Positions 52,505 through 64,000 of a DNA stretch of 64,000 nucleotides are shown here, piece after piece. Below the pieces are notes generated by a model, which was not told where the DNA came from, searched no databases, and saw nothing but the letters and a program-made list of their open reading frames with translations. Every line of letters begins with the position of its first letter. Positions within the stretch are counted from its first letter, which is position 1. Position numbers and translations under genes: made by a program. This stretch comes from Methanothermococcus sp. Ax23 (GTDB lineage Archaea > AGJL01 > Methanococci > Methanococcales > Methanococcaceae): NCBI RefSeq assembly GCF_049075655.1, contig NZ_CP157522.1:1376001-1440000 (forward strand), written 5' to 3'.

Positions 52505-53077
52505 TTAAATAACTCCCTTGGTGCTCACAATTCCCTTTCTTTCGTCAATTTGGGTTGCATTATCGAGAGCAATTCCAAACGCTTTAAAAAGTGCCTCTAT
52601 TTTATGGTGTTCGTTCTCTCCAATGACCTCAAAATGTATATTCATATTTCCATTGTTTGCTACTGATTCAAAAAAATGAACTACATTTTCAGTTGAAAGG
52701 TCTCCAACCTTGTCCCTTTTTGGAGTATAATCTCCAACAACATATGGTCTTCCGCCTAAATCAATTGAAACCATAGCTCTCGCTTCATCCATTGGAACAA
52801 TAGCCCATCCAAATCTCTTTATATTTTTCTTTTCAATTTTATCCAATGCCATCCCCAAACATATACCAACATCCTCAACTGTATGATGGTCATCTACTTC
52901 CAAATCTCCAACTGCATCCAGATACAAATCAAATGAACCGTGCTTTGCAAAGGATGAAAGCACATGGTCAAAAAAAGGAATTTTTGTGTTTATTTCGTAT
53001 TTTCCTGTGCCGTCTATATTTATCTTTAAGTTTATATCAGTCTCGCCTGTTTTCCTTTTGATTTCAAAAACTCGCAA
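52505..53077 (-). CDS. hisB: Imidazoleglycerol-phosphate dehydratase
   Basis: [30 protein letters not shown]. Confidence 0.97.
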   Translation of the reverse strand: MRVFEIKRKTGETDINLKINIDGTGKYEINTKIPFFDHVLSSFAKHGSFDLYLDAVGDLEVDDHHTVEDVGICLGMALDKIEKKNIKRFGWAIVPMDEARAMVSIDLGGRPYVVGDYTPKRDKVGDLSTENVVHFFESVANNGNMNIHFEVIGENEHHKIEALFKAFGIALDNATQIDERKGIVSTKGVI

Positions 53078-53242
53078 TATACCACCCGTATCTAGTTTAT
53101 TTATTATTGAATATATATTAATATATTATTGTATATTACCTCATTTATATTATTACATTTATATTTTTATAATGTTTAATGGTATTAAATTAATTTTTTC
53201 GTATAACTTAATTTTATATTATTAATTCAAATTATATATAAA

Positions 53243-54568
53243 TTACATATTATTTTTAAGCTGTTTTCCAACGGCATCATCTACCTTTTTTAAAAATTCC
53301 TCTATGTGAATTTTTGGAACTCTGGCACCAGATGCTACATTGTGCCCTCCACCATCTCCTCCAAATTCAACTGCAATTTTCATAACCTCGGAGAGATTCA
53401 GACCCTCATTTACAAGAGTTTCATTACCTCTCGATGATATTTTATAATATTCTCCCTCTTCGTAAATACCTAAAACTGGCTTATCCTTCACAAGTAATGA
53501 TGCTATAAGTCCAGTCATGCTTTTTTTTCCAAAGAAATATTCTATATTATTTAGCGAGTTTATTTTAGTATCTTTTAACTGGATAATAATTTCTTCTTTA
53601 TATTCAATGTAGGTTTCTTTTGCAATTTTTATACATTCATCATCTTCAAGAGCCACGCCTATACCTACTGAACCCTTATCTTTTCTACCGCATGCATTTA
53701 GGAGCTCCGATAGGTAAAATGCGTCATTGATTTTATGTTTTATAACATACCTATCAACGATAATATCGTCCTTTTCCACATATGCCATAAGTGCAATTTC
53801 CAGCTTTTGCCTATCTTCTTCATTAAAACTTGTTTTATTTGGGTCTATGTCTAATTTTTTCAAAAAATTAATTATTTTATTTTTGTCGTTGAGCTCCCGA
53901 ATATAGGGCTGAGTGGAATATAACATGGATTTCCAAACAGGCAAATCATAGCAGTTATAAACTATATCCTTTAAAATACCTGTTATATATCGGTATTCCC
54001 GAGCTTCATTTATTATATATTTGTTCATTCCAGAGAAGGGCCTATGTTGCATATCACCAATTGCCCCAGTAATTGCCAAAATACTCAAATCATAAAATCC
54101 AAATTCTCGTGCAACCAAATAGCACACTCCACTTGCAGAGATTTCCTTAGCTCCATTGATACCAAAGATATGTGAATTTAATTGATAAATCCCTTCAATT
54201 TCCAAATCATCTATTGCTGGAGGGTGGTGGTCTAAAATAATGGCATTGAATTTGTTGTTTAATATGTCTTTTATCTGTCCGCTTCCCATGTCACAAAAAA
54301 TGTATAATATATCGTTTTTATTATCATGTTCCTCGCCAAGTCTGTCGATAACTTCTTTTGATAGATATTCTACAATAGAAAGATGAAACTCCTTATTTAA
54401 TCTGTAAAGCATTTTTATGACTATTGCTCCTGAGGTTAGTCCATCTGTGTCGTGATGCGTAATTACCCTTATTAGTCCTTCGTGATTTCTAATCCTTTCT
54501 GTAATCTTTTTTAGAATATATTTATATCTCTGGATGCCCTCATCGTCCTTAAAGATGTTTGTTATCAT
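53243..54568 (-). CDS. DHH-family phosphoesterase (RecJ-like)
   Basis: HHDTDG, DMGSG, LDHH, GGGH. Confidence 0.92.
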   Translation of the reverse strand: MITNIFKDDEGIQRYKYILKKITERIRNHEGLIRVITHHDTDGLTSGAIVIKMLYRLNKEFHLSIVEYLSKEVIDRLGEEHDNKNDILYIFCDMGSGQIKDILNNKFNAIILDHHPPAIDDLEIEGIYQLNSHIFGINGAKEISASGVCYLVAREFGFYDLSILAITGAIGDMQHRPFSGMNKYIINEAREYRYITGILKDIVYNCYDLPVWKSMLYSTQPYIRELNDKNKIINFLKKLDIDPNKTSFNEEDRQKLEIALMAYVEKDDIIVDRYVIKHKINDAFYLSELLNACGRKDKGSVGIGVALEDDECIKIAKETYIEYKEEIIIQLKDTKINSLNNIEYFFGKKSMTGLIASLLVKDKPVLGIYEEGEYYKISSRGNETLVNEGLNLSEVMKIAVEFGGDGGGHNVASGARVPKIHIEEFLKKVDDAVGKQLKNNM

Positions 54569-54714
54569 AAAAATCCCAATGCTCCAGTTTGTTATTATTA
54601 TTTAAATTTCATTTATTATATTAATTGTAGCATAGATTATATTATATCGTATAGAGCTCTGCATATAAGCAAAGTGTCCAACTACATCTGTCATTATATT
54701 CCACATATAAATTA

Positions 54715-55329
54715 TTAACAACTGCCATACATGATTTTTTCTACAACCTGGGAATTTGGCATTACTTCTTCAAAAACCTGTGCTTGAAATGAGTATATAT
54801 TTACTTTGCGCTCCAACCAAGTATTTGGAGGTAATCCTGCTTTTAAACATAGATTGGATAAATATTGGGCAACATCCCAATCAAATTCAACTGGAACTTG
54901 TGGCAACAACAATCCTCTACATGTCTCACACTCTATAACCAACCCATCTCTTCCAATTTTTATTTTTTCCAAATATTCAGCAGGGTCTTCCACCTCCACT
55001 AATTTTGGAATTGTCAAAATACTAACTTCGATAACGATTTCATCTAATTCATCAAGATTTACGGCTGGGAATCTCGGGTCATTAACTGCTGCACTTATTG
55101 AAGCCTCTTTCAATGCATCTATTAACGGCATTACAGGTTCAGGTATTCCAATACATCCTCTTAAATTATGTTCAGGGTATGTATGAAGTGATACAAAAAC
55201 ACCTCTTGGTTCATTGAATTTTTCAGGAAAATCAACTAATATGGTATCTTCACCGGTTAAATAACTTTCAATAACAGTTCGTGCAAATTTTACTGCAAAA
55301 GTTCCTTCTTCAAGTGTTAATTTTTCCAT
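54715..55329 (-). CDS. AMMECR1-domain protein
   Basis: GVFVSL, LRGCIG, DPRF, GLLLPQV, LC.KAGL. Confidence 0.93.
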   Translation of the reverse strand: MEKLTLEEGTFAVKFARTVIESYLTGEDTILVDFPEKFNEPRGVFVSLHTYPEHNLRGCIGIPEPVMPLIDALKEASISAAVNDPRFPAVNLDELDEIVIEVSILTIPKLVEVEDPAEYLEKIKIGRDGLVIECETCRGLLLPQVPVEFDWDVAQYLSNLCLKAGLPPNTWLERKVNIYSFQAQVFEEVMPNSQVVEKIMYGSC

Positions 55330-55532
55330 GGTATCCCCCTCTGTATTTTTCATATTTTTATGTTAGGAATATTTAATTATTAATTGTTTAAACTATATTT
55401 TGGTTTTTATCTTTTAAATAGATATTATATATTAAATATTAAATAGTTATAAAGATATAATGACCAATGATAAGAATTATATATTTATTAATAAAATTAT
55501 TTAAATACATATGATGATTTTAAGGTGATATT

Positions 55533-56399
55533 TTGATTTTACTTGCATTACCAAATAAAGGAAGGATTTCAGAACCTATCAATAAAATTTTAGAGAAAGC
55601 AGGATTAAAAATGACAGTCCAAGGAAGGAGTTTATTTGCTAAAACAGTTGATAAAGATATAAATGTAATGTTTGCCAGGGCAAAGGATATTCCCGAGTTT
55701 GTTGCAGATGGTGTGGCAGATGTTGGTATTACAGGATACGATTTAATACTTGAGAGGGGCGTGGAGAATAAAGTTGAGTTTTTACTTGATTTTGAATTTG
55801 GAAAGGCAAATTTGGTTATTGCAGCACCAGAAGATTCAAATATAAACTCTATCGATGACATAAAGGATGGAATGAAAATAGCAACAGAGTTCCCACACCT
55901 TACAGAGAAATACTTAAAAAGCAAAAATCTTAACCTTGAAATTATAGAGCTCAGCGGGGCAACAGAAATTGCACCGTTCATTGGTGTTGCAGACCTAATA
56001 AGTGATTTAACCTCCACGGGAACAACATTGAAATTGAATAGATTAAAACCAATAGAAACGATAGTTTCATCTACAACAAGATTAATAGCAAATAAGGAGA
56101 GCATAAAAAATCCAGAAAAACAGGCAAAGATAAATCAAATAGTTTCAGGGATAAAAAGCGTTCTTTATGCCCAAACAAAAAGATTGATTATGATGAATGC
56201 TCCAAAGGACAAAGTAAATGAAATAAAAAATATCATCCCTGGAATGAGCGGACCTACAATTTCAGAAGTTTTATCAAATGATGACATGGTGGCAATACAT
56301 GTGGTAATTGATGAAAAGGAAGTGTTCCATGTTGTTGCTAAATTGGAGGAGCTCGGTGCTAAGGATGTACTTGTAGTTCCGATTGAGAGAATTCTTTAA
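55533..56399 (+). CDS. hisG: ATP phosphoribosyltransferase (long form)
   Basis: [29 protein letters not shown]. Confidence 0.97.
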   Translation: MILLALPNKGRISEPINKILEKAGLKMTVQGRSLFAKTVDKDINVMFARAKDIPEFVADGVADVGITGYDLILERGVENKVEFLLDFEFGKANLVIAAPEDSNINSIDDIKDGMKIATEFPHLTEKYLKSKNLNLEIIELSGATEIAPFIGVADLISDLTSTGTTLKLNRLKPIETIVSSTTRLIANKESIKNPEKQAKINQIVSGIKSVLYAQTKRLIMMNAPKDKVNEIKNIIPGMSGPTISEVLSNDDMVAIHVVIDEKEVFHVVAKLEELGAKDVLVVPIERIL

Positions 56400-56403
56400 T
56401 ATA

Positions 56404-57306
56404 TTATATATAATTTTTAATATATTTTAAAATCTCTTCTGGAATATCTGCAAAATTCATAACACCTCTAAACTGCGGTGTAATATTCATTTCTAAAATA
56501 TATGGATTGTCATTTTTGTCAATTAGCACATCTACACCAACAATATCGGCATTGACTTTTTTTACAGATTTTAAAACAATATCTTCAACATCTTCATTTA
56601 AATCAAATCTTTTGATATCTGCACCAAGTGAATAATTTGCCCTCCAATCATCCTTTGGAATCCTCTCCATAGCACATATGATTTTATTACCAATAACAAA
56701 AACCCTTATATCATGCTTATATGGAATATATTTCTGAATAAATACCTCCTTCTTATTGAATTTCAATATCTCAAAAATGTTTTTTAATTCATCCAAGCTA
56801 TTTATCTTTAAAACACTATTTCCATAACCGCCATATATTGGCTTTACAACAATGGGAAAATCAAAATCGTTATTTTTTAATGTGTTTTTTATATCTTCAA
56901 AATCATCGGTGTAGGTTAAGAATGATTTTGGCATGAGCTCCTTTAATTTAACATAAGTTAAATATTTATTTTGACAGGTTTCTATACATTCCGATGAGTT
57001 GATTATTTTTATATCATTTTTATTATTTTCATTGGCAATGCTTTCAATATATTTCAATGCATAAATTCCTTCTAATAAATAATCCCTTTCAACTCGTGAA
57101 ATGATTAAATCATAATCAAAATCATTATTTTTTAATCCAGAAACAACTTTTAAAGTATCTAAAAAAGATACATCATATTTATTTTTTAATTTTTCATAAA
57201 TCATCATGTTTTCCGGTGTTTTTTTATGGCAAAGTATTGCAATTTTCCTTGGAAAATTCACAAATCTTTGATTTGGGTAAACTTTAATACTATCACCTAT
57301 AAGCAT
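56404..57306 (-). CDS. RimK-family ATP-grasp alpha-L-glutamate ligase (CofF/MptN-like)
   Basis: K..TY, VVKP..G..G, DIRVFV, WRAN, GVD, EMN..P. Confidence 0.85.
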   Translation of the reverse strand: MLIGDSIKVYPNQRFVNFPRKIAILCHKKTPENMMIYEKLKNKYDVSFLDTLKVVSGLKNNDFDYDLIISRVERDYLLEGIYALKYIESIANENNKNDIKIINSSECIETCQNKYLTYVKLKELMPKSFLTYTDDFEDIKNTLKNNDFDFPIVVKPIYGGYGNSVLKINSLDELKNIFEILKFNKKEVFIQKYIPYKHDIRVFVIGNKIICAMERIPKDDWRANYSLGADIKRFDLNEDVEDIVLKSVKKVNADIVGVDVLIDKNDNPYILEMNITPQFRGVMNFADIPEEILKYIKNYI

Positions 57307-58094
57307 TTTACCTTAATGCTTTCCAAATCACCGCCCATTTTATAGGACAATTCAATATTTAATACTCCATTCTTAATTACTGGATTTTCTATTGGGATTA
57401 TTAACGGTGGATTTAACATTGGTGTGCTTCCTGCAATTATCTTTTCGTTTAATTCTGTATATGAGTTTAATCTAACTCCAAGTGATATATTTTCTATATT
57501 TTTTATATCCTCATTTATGTTAAATTTCAAATTATACGATACTTCTTCATCATTTATTTTATAAAAATCAACTGTGCTATAATGTATTTCCTCTGAGATT
57601 GGCTCTGAAATCACTTCCTCATCATAATATATATGACCCATTTTAGCTATGACTATCTGGGCAGTATTGTGAGCTCTCTCAGGGACGATTTTTCCCCCTT
57701 CTTTAAGTAGTCCTTTTTTGAGAATTGAGTTCAAAACTGGGACTTGTGGTTCTGTAATAAGTGCGGTGTCCAGCATCTCAGCAATAATTACATCAGCAGG
57801 TTCTTTAAAATTATACTCCGATGCATCAGCTTCTATTAAATTTATGTTTTCAAAGTTATTGATTTTTATATTTTCCTTTGCATACTCATAAGTGATTGGG
57901 TCGAGCTCTACGGCATAAACATTTTTTGTAATTCGAGATGCAATCATTGCCAATATTCCGCTACCTGTTCCCAAGTCATAAACTACATCGCCAGTTTTAA
58001 CAGTTTTTTCAATCGCCTCTTTAAAAACTGCCACCCTATCTCTGTCAAGAAGCATGCTGTAATGCCATTGTGGGACGCTTAATTTGAGTTTCAT
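57297..58094 (-). CDS. SAM-dependent methyltransferase (PRMT-like)
   Basis: ML.D.DR, DLGTGSGIL, AEMLDT.LI.E; likely start MKLKL at 58094. Confidence 0.85.
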   Translation of the reverse strand: MKLKLSVPQWHYSMLLDRDRVAVFKEAIEKTVKTGDVVYDLGTGSGILAMIASRITKNVYAVELDPITYEYAKENIKINNFENINLIEADASEYNFKEPADVIIAEMLDTALITEPQVPVLNSILKKGLLKEGGKIVPERAHNTAQIVIAKMGHIYYDEEVISEPISEEIHYSTVDFYKINDEEVSYNLKFNINEDIKNIENISLGVRLNSYTELNEKIIAGSTPMLNPPLIIPIENPVIKNGVLNIELSYKMGGDLESIKVKCL

Positions 58095-58167
58095 AATAAA
58101 CCTCCTTAAAAATGTAGATAATAAAAAAATAATAAAAAATAAAATAAAAAAATATATTGTATATAAA

Positions 58168-60975
58168 TTATCCTTTAACAACACCCATTGGCTTCATTCT
58201 ACTGACTTTTAAAGATATTCCTGAGTTATGGGCAACATCCGCCACTAATTCAATGCTTTTATATGCTTCGGAGCATTCCTCAGCGATTACCCCTTTTGAA
58301 TCTGCCATGATATATATTCCCTTTCTTTCGAGCTCAGCCTTAATATTATTTGAGTCATACAACTTCAATGCCTTTGCCCTACTGAGAGCTCTCCCAGCAC
58401 CATGAGCCGTAGAGCCAAAGGTTTCTTCCATGGCGGTTGTTGTCCCGTGCATTAGATAGGAAGCTGTTCCCATATCTCCCGGAATAATTACCGGCTGTCC
58501 TATTTTTCTATATTCTTCTGGTATATCCTCACAACCTGGTCCAAATGCCCTAGTTGCCCCTTTCCTATGCACCATCACATTTTTTAACTTACCGTCTATT
58601 TTATGTTTCTCCCTCTTTGCTATGTTATGTGCTACATCATACAGTATATTCATTTCAAGGTCTTCTGCTGGTGTTTTAAATACCTCTTCAAAGCTTTCCC
58701 TTACCCAATGTGTGATAAGCTGCCTGTTTGTCCATGCGTAGTTTGCACCACAGTTCATTGCCTTGAAGTATCTGATACCCTCCTCGGAGTTGATTGGAGC
58801 ACATGCCAACTGCCTATCTGGTAATTTTATATTGTATTTTCTAGCCGCCTTTTCCATATATCTAAGATAATCGGAACATATTTGATGCCCCAACCCTCTG
58901 GAACCTGTGTGAATCATAATTACTACTTGATTTTTTTCAATTCCATACACTTTTGCAGCTTCTTCGTCAAACACTTCATCTACATACTGGATTTCTAAAA
59001 AGTGGTTCCCACTACCTAATGAACCTAACTGCGGAAGCCCTCTTTTCTTAGCATTATCTGAAACAAATGAAGCGTCTGCCTCCTTCATACATCCATTTTC
59101 TTCAATATATTTTGTATCTTCATCCCATCCGTAGTTGTTATCTATTGCCCATTTTACCCCTTCTTCAAGGACATCATCTATTTCATTTTTTGTAATTCTT
59201 ATCTTTCCTTTACTTCCAAGACCTGATGGAATATTTTTAAATAGTTTATGTACGAGTTCCTTTATTTTTGGTTGCACATCTTCTTTTGTAAGATTGGTTT
59301 TTAATAATCTTACTCCGCAGTTATGAACTACAATTCCATTTGCTATGAAGTTGTGTTCTTTGCTTGCTATTCCAACATCATATAGTTTTGAATTGTATGG
59401 TATTTTTTCAATTTCTTTTATTTTATCAATTATGAATCCTCCTTTAACTCCGTATTTTTTAATAAACTCTTCTAATGTTTCAAAATTATTTGCGAATGTT
59501 TTATTTTGCTCCACTTTTGAAATTCCTTCTTTGTCTATATTTTCCCATATAATCAATTTTCTCCTTAAATATTCTGTAATTATTAAAATTTTCTCATCAT
59601 TGCAATATACATAACCAATTTTAGATAGAAAATTATAGAGCTCCTTATTGTCTGAGCTCATATATAACCTATACATAATTTTCTCATCATACTCTTTAAC
59701 TTTGTAGATTTTTGCATTTATATCAAATTCTTTTAACATATATACTAATTCATCTAAATAGTTTATAAGTTCATTTTCAATATCATTTGTCTTTGAGATT
59801 GTTAAAGATATTGGGCTTATGGCGTATTTATCGTTTTTAGTCCTTGATATTGGCTTACTTCCATCTGCTCCAAACAATCCTGCTAAGAAATTTGCTTTTA
59901 CCCATTTTGGAGATTCCTTTATCCAGTCTGGAACTTTTGGAATTTGATTTATTTTTTTACCAATTGGCATTCCTAATTTATGCATAAACAATGCAAATGC
60001 TTTTGATGCTATTTTTATATAGTTGTCTTCACATGAGCTTATATATTCGCTACCCCACGCATTTTTTATTTTAATATCTCTATTTCTTGAATATATTTTT
60101 GAACTTTTTACGCCTAATTTTTCTAAATCTTCCTTAATCTTAATTAATGTTTCTTTCTTTCCATAATATGCAACATATAACCTTTTTCTATCTCCATTTT
60201 CTTGAACAATACTTCCATCACCAAGAGCAAAACCCAACAATCGTGCTATTGCTCCTATTTGTTTATGATTCATTTTTAATGGCAATAAACCCCTTTCTTT
60301 TAAATATTTTACTATTTGAGCATCATATTCTGCAAAATCCTTTTCATCCAATATTATATCATCAGATGGCTCTCCATACTCCACACCTTCAAAAGGATAA
60401 ACTATAATATCATGTCCTTCTTCTAACATGCCCATTGGAACATAGCCGTTTGGTGTTAAAACTGGATGGTCTGCACTACCTTCCAAAACTCTTCCAAATT
60501 CTGTTTTTATCTTTATTATATCTTCTTCTGCATCTCTTTCAGAAACAAATAATACATTTGAATGCTTTTCTTTACTTTCTTCTATATTATAAACTTTTAG
60601 GCATAAATCTAGTTTTTCTTTTAAGTCCTCCAATTTTATAAAGTATTTATCTTCTGTCAATATTTTTGAGTTTGGTGTGAGACATGATATATCAAATCCC
60701 ACGCCCCCAGGGCTTATTACTCCCGTTTTTTCGTCAAATGCCGCCACTCCGCCGATACAGAACCCATATCCATAGTGAGCGTCGGGCATTGCTAAGGAAT
60801 ACTTTTGAATACCTGGAAGACATGCAACATTCGATACTTGTTCAAGAACATCATCTTCCATGTTTTCAAAGAGCTCATCATTTAAATAAACTCTACCTGG
60901 AACTTTCATTTCCTTTTTATACTCCTTTGGGAGCTCCCATACATTTTCCTTAACCTTCACCATGTTTTCCTTCAT
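58168..60975 (-). CDS. rtcB: tRNA-splicing ligase RtcB containing an intein
   Basis: MPDAH.GYGF.IG, GSGNHF, HTGSRG, HN, HRKGA, HGAGR. Confidence 0.97.
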   Translation of the reverse strand: MKENMVKVKENVWELPKEYKKEMKVPGRVYLNDELFENMEDDVLEQVSNVACLPGIQKYSLAMPDAHYGYGFCIGGVAAFDEKTGVISPGGVGFDISCLTPNSKILTEDKYFIKLEDLKEKLDLCLKVYNIEESKEKHSNVLFVSERDAEEDIIKIKTEFGRVLEGSADHPVLTPNGYVPMGMLEEGHDIIVYPFEGVEYGEPSDDIILDEKDFAEYDAQIVKYLKERGLLPLKMNHKQIGAIARLLGFALGDGSIVQENGDRKRLYVAYYGKKETLIKIKEDLEKLGVKSSKIYSRNRDIKIKNAWGSEYISSCEDNYIKIASKAFALFMHKLGMPIGKKINQIPKVPDWIKESPKWVKANFLAGLFGADGSKPISRTKNDKYAISPISLTISKTNDIENELINYLDELVYMLKEFDINAKIYKVKEYDEKIMYRLYMSSDNKELYNFLSKIGYVYCNDEKILIITEYLRRKLIIWENIDKEGISKVEQNKTFANNFETLEEFIKKYGVKGGFIIDKIKEIEKIPYNSKLYDVGIASKEHNFIANGIVVHNCGVRLLKTNLTKEDVQPKIKELVHKLFKNIPSGLGSKGKIRITKNEIDDVLEEGVKWAIDNNYGWDEDTKYIEENGCMKEADASFVSDNAKKRGLPQLGSLGSGNHFLEIQYVDEVFDEEAAKVYGIEKNQVVIMIHTGSRGLGHQICSDYLRYMEKAARKYNIKLPDRQLACAPINSEEGIRYFKAMNCGANYAWTNRQLITHWVRESFEEVFKTPAEDLEMNILYDVAHNIAKREKHKIDGKLKNVMVHRKGATRAFGPGCEDIPEEYRKIGQPVIIPGDMGTASYLMHGTTTAMEETFGSTAHGAGRALSRAKALKLYDSNNIKAELERKGIYIMADSKGVIAEECSEAYKSIELVADVAHNSGISLKVSRMKPMGVVKG
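59320..60684 (-). mobile_element. RtcB intein, 455 aa, with LAGLIDADG homing endonuclease
   Basis: CL start, DHP block [10 protein letters not shown] and [19 protein letters not shown] end. Confidence 0.95.
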
Positions 60976-61091
60976 CGTATCACCAACATGTAAAATTAAA
61001 ATATAATATATCAATTAAAAGATGATTAAAATAGTAATAAATTATATCATTTACTATATCTATTACACACTTATAAAATTATGGTGAAATT

Positions 61092-61508
61092 ATGGAAGAT
61101 TACATAATTACAATTCATGCGACGGGGCACCCAAATGTCAAATCCACCCACAAAACAACATTGGAAATTACAAAAGAAGATTATTTAACACCAACGGGAG
61201 ATTGTATTATTGGAATAAACGCCGATAAATCCATGGCTGATTTTTCAGAAGAACTTAGAGAAAGAATCAGAAATTCTGGTAAAATTATTATAGAAATTGT
61301 TGTTGGAGATTTGAAAGATACCATAATTGGAAAAGGACATAAGGATTTAATTTTAAACCATCCAACCGATATTGTAATAAGAAAAAGTAATTTCATCTGC
61401 CCGAGAACTTTAATGATAAACGCAGATAAAAGTGCAAAGGAATTGAACTATAAAATTGTAGAAAGATTGAAAAAAGGAGAAGATTTAATTTTTAGGATAA
61501 TTATTTAA
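61092..61508 (+). CDS. DUF371-family protein
   Basis: GHPNV..TH.TTLE.TK...LT..GDCIIG, VIRKS. Confidence 0.85.
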   Translation: MEDYIITIHATGHPNVKSTHKTTLEITKEDYLTPTGDCIIGINADKSMADFSEELRERIRNSGKIIIEIVVGDLKDTIIGKGHKDLILNHPTDIVIRKSNFICPRTLMINADKSAKELNYKIVERLKKGEDLIFRIII

Positions 61509-61540
61509 ATTATTTTATCAAAGTATAATTAGGTGAGCTC

Positions 61541-62443
61541 ATGGAATTTAATAAAATATATTGCATGGATTGTTTGGAAGGCATGAAATTAATGGATGAT
61601 AATGAAGTTGATATAATAATCACATCCCCGCCATATAATATTGGAATAAATTATAACAAATACAATGATAATAAATCGAATGATGAATATTTGGTGTGGA
61701 TTGAAGAGATTGGAAAAGAATTAAATAGAATATTAAAAAAAGATGGCTCATTTTTCTTAAATATGGGATATACATGCAGTAATCCATACATAGCTTGGGA
61801 AGTTGCATTTAGGTTAAGAAAATATTTTAAACTTCAAAATGTAATCCACTGGATAAAATCAATAGCAATTCAAAAAGAAGATGTGGGAAATTACCCAAAT
61901 ATAATTGGAGATATTGCCGTTGGACACTATAAACCAGTAAATAGCGATAGATATTTAAGCAACATGCACGAGTATATATTTCACTTTACAAAAACTGGAA
62001 ATGTAAAATTAAATAAATTAGCAATTGGAGTTCCATACCAAGACAAAAGCAATATAAAAAGATTCAATAGAAAAAATGATTTAAGAGATAGGGGAAATAC
62101 ATGGTTTATTCCTTATGAGACAATACAATCAAAAAACAAAGAAAGACCACATCCTGCAACTTTTCCATCAAAACTGGCTGAAATGTGTATAAAATTACAC
62201 GGTGTCGAAAAAACTAAATTAGTGTTAGACCCATTTATGGGATTGGGAAACACTGCTATTGCATGTGCTAAATTGGGAGTTAATTTTATTGGTTTTGAAA
62301 TTGATGATTATTACTGCGATATTGCTAAAAAAAGATTAGATGAAATAATTAAAAAGAATGCTAAAAAGACTATTAAATCAGATACTGGGACCAATACATG
62401 CATTACTGCATCTCTTGATAATTACATACAGTCAAATTTATAA
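61541..62443 (+). CDS. Type II N4-cytosine DNA methyltransferase (beta class), M.MjaV-like
   Basis: TSPPY, HPATFP, DPFMG.G; resembles M.MjaV (GTAC) from memory. Confidence 0.85.
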   Translation: MEFNKIYCMDCLEGMKLMDDNEVDIIITSPPYNIGINYNKYNDNKSNDEYLVWIEEIGKELNRILKKDGSFFLNMGYTCSNPYIAWEVAFRLRKYFKLQNVIHWIKSIAIQKEDVGNYPNIIGDIAVGHYKPVNSDRYLSNMHEYIFHFTKTGNVKLNKLAIGVPYQDKSNIKRFNRKNDLRDRGNTWFIPYETIQSKNKERPHPATFPSKLAEMCIKLHGVEKTKLVLDPFMGLGNTAIACAKLGVNFIGFEIDDYYCDIAKKRLDEIIKKNAKKTIKSDTGTNTCITASLDNYIQSNL

Positions 62444-63123
62444 TTTTTACTGCATATCACTAATTCCTCATCATATAACTCTTTATTAGAAGCATTAAAT
62501 TCTCTTTTTATAGAACCTGTCAATTTATATAAATCTACGATTTTAAAACCTGTTGCATAGTAGTTATTGTTTATTTTTTCAATTTTAAAGGATATTACAA
62601 TATGTGGTGCATCATGGATTATTTTAAATCCATCTTTATCATTAGGTGGTGATGCATAAAATGTTCTCTGTGATGAATTTACATTTTTCTCATTGTATGT
62701 TTTTATTTCAATATAAACGACCCTACCCTCATTTTCAGATTTTCCACCATACCAAAATTCAATATCTGGATAACCTGTTGATTTATGTTTTCCGTTTTTA
62801 GTCTTTGGAGTAGTTGCATATCCATATTTGGATAGTGCTTTTTTAACATAAGGTTCTATATGATTTCCCACTTCATTTACTCGTTTTGGAGTTTCCCCAT
62901 CTTTTGTTTTTATACCCTTTGTATTTCTTATATCTTTGATTACTTCATTAGATGCTTTTATTAAATCATCAACAAGTTTTTTATCTTTATTGGCTGATAA
63001 ATCCAAAGGTATTACCTTGTATCCGCTAATTACTCTTATGAATGTGGAAAAAGATATTTTTTCTATCGGCTGTAATATTTGTCTTAATATTAGTTCAATT
63101 TCATTATAATAATCGTCATCCAT
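62422..63123 (-). CDS. Type II restriction endonuclease, MjaV-like
   Basis: NEVG..IE, GYPD...IEIKT (PD-D/ExK); convergent with the methyltransferase. Confidence 0.82.
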   Translation of the reverse strand: MDDDYYNEIELILRQILQPIEKISFSTFIRVISGYKVIPLDLSANKDKKLVDDLIKASNEVIKDIRNTKGIKTKDGETPKRVNEVGNHIEPYVKKALSKYGYATTPKTKNGKHKSTGYPDIEFWYGGKSENEGRVVYIEIKTYNEKNVNSSQRTFYASPPNDKDGFKIIHDAPHIVISFKIEKINNNYYATGFKIVDLYKLTGSIKREFNASNKELYDEELVICSKNYKFDCM

Positions 63124-63140
63124 AATATCGCCTAAAATAT

Positions 63141-63797
63141 TTATTTCAAGAGCTCCCATATTTTCTTCAACTTAACAACATCAACTTGCCCAGGTGCCGA
63201 GCTCCTACCTTCCATAGATGAGAATGTTAAAATGCTACCAAAATCAACCCCTAAAATTCTTGTTAATTTGCCCTCTTCACCCATACCTATACCTATTATT
63301 TTGCCTTCAAACTCATTTACAATCCTTAAAATATTCAAAACATCCTTTTTTGATTTCGCCATTGTGGCAAACTTTGCAATATCTCCTATTTCAAGTTCTC
63401 TTTTAACGATTTGTAGGAGCTCACCATAATCTGGTGTTTTTTCAAAATCGTGATACGATACGATAATTTTAGTTTCTGAGTTTATGCTGTTTCTAAATTC
63501 AACAAGTTCCTTATTTTTTTCTTCTTTTAATTCAATATCTATGAATTTTACATTATTTTCAATTGCCGTTTTATATAATTCCATCCTTTTGTCGTTATCT
63601 CCGGTATATTCTCCTCCTTCCCAATCTGCCCTTATTGTGATAATTGACGGATATTTTGCCATTTTTGCTATGTCCTCTTTATCTACGCTTTCAAGCATAT
63701 CAACTCTAAATTCCACAATATCGGCAACTTTTAAGGCATTTTCTGCACTTTTTAAAGCATCATCCACATTTTTATCAATTACTGGAATGCAAATCAT
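63141..63797 (-). CDS. aroD: Type I 3-dehydroquinate dehydratase
   Basis: EFRVD, T.R..EGG, SYHDF..TP, MG..G..TR, APGQ. Confidence 0.95.
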   Translation of the reverse strand: MICIPVIDKNVDDALKSAENALKVADIVEFRVDMLESVDKEDIAKMAKYPSIITIRADWEGGEYTGDNDKRMELYKTAIENNVKFIDIELKEEKNKELVEFRNSINSETKIIVSYHDFEKTPDYGELLQIVKRELEIGDIAKFATMAKSKKDVLNILRIVNEFEGKIIGIGMGEEGKLTRILGVDFGSILTFSSMEGRSSAPGQVDVVKLKKIWELLK

Positions 63798-64000
63798 GAT
63801 TATCGCCTCTTTCAGTTAATATATTTTTTAGACCGTTCAATCCAAGAACATAATCAACATCCTTATATTTATCAAACAACACATACATTGGGATATTATT
63901 TATTTCTACTATTTTTTTATTTCCCTTTTTTATAATTTTAACTCGCTCGTAGGGGTGAAAAGTGCCATCTATCTTGATACCATTTTGGTAAAATCTCAAT
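63775..64000 (-). CDS. 3' end of a hypothetical protein (starts beyond the window)
   Basis: Open frame running from the window edge and overlapping the aroD start. Confidence 0.5.
   Translation of the reverse strand, partial: LRFYQNGIKIDGTFHPYERVKIIKKGNKKIVEINNIPMYVLFDKYKDVDYVLGLNGLKNILTERGDNHDLHSSN

Noticed and set aside
55520-56104. Long antisense ORFs (e.g. 194 aa opposite hisG, 161 aa at 22071-22556, 125 aa at 1032-1409)
   Set aside because: Shadow frames of well-supported genes with no recognisable motifs.
1-64000. tRNA, rRNA or selenoprotein genes
   Set aside because: No cloverleaf, long GC-rich rRNA block or in-frame UGA readthrough candidate was seen.

Overview
AT-rich archaeal chromosome segment, very likely Methanococcales (Methanothermococcus/Methanococcus-like), inferred from gene content and protein sequences. 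Most of it is housekeeping: TBP, the L1-L10-L12 operon, rpoL, tyrS, trpS, cbiD/cbiG/cobZ, arcS, fen, dapL, egsA, nadA, hcgE, his genes, intein-containing rtcB, an MjaV-like restriction-modification pair and aroD. The standout is a ~10 kb six-gene locus (21.6-31.5 kb). It encodes a multi-cohesin protein ending in an S-layer-type C-terminal domain, three further cohesin proteins with probable membrane anchors, and two metal-chelate/cobalamin-type solute-binding proteins that each carry an N-terminal dockerin. This is cellulosome-like architecture apparently used for nutrient capture, not polysaccharide degradation. A second hotspot (42.3-49.7 kb) contains an IS1341-type tnpB element, ORF-less IS200/IS605- and IS607-derived elements that retain omegaRNA-like structure, stackable mini-hairpin modules, a PP2C pseudogene and a three-hairpin H/ACA guide RNA. 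Also notable: a SIR2-like gene split by an IS, and strong over-representation of the palindrome GAGCTC. All calls come from motif recognition by eye; no database searches were run.
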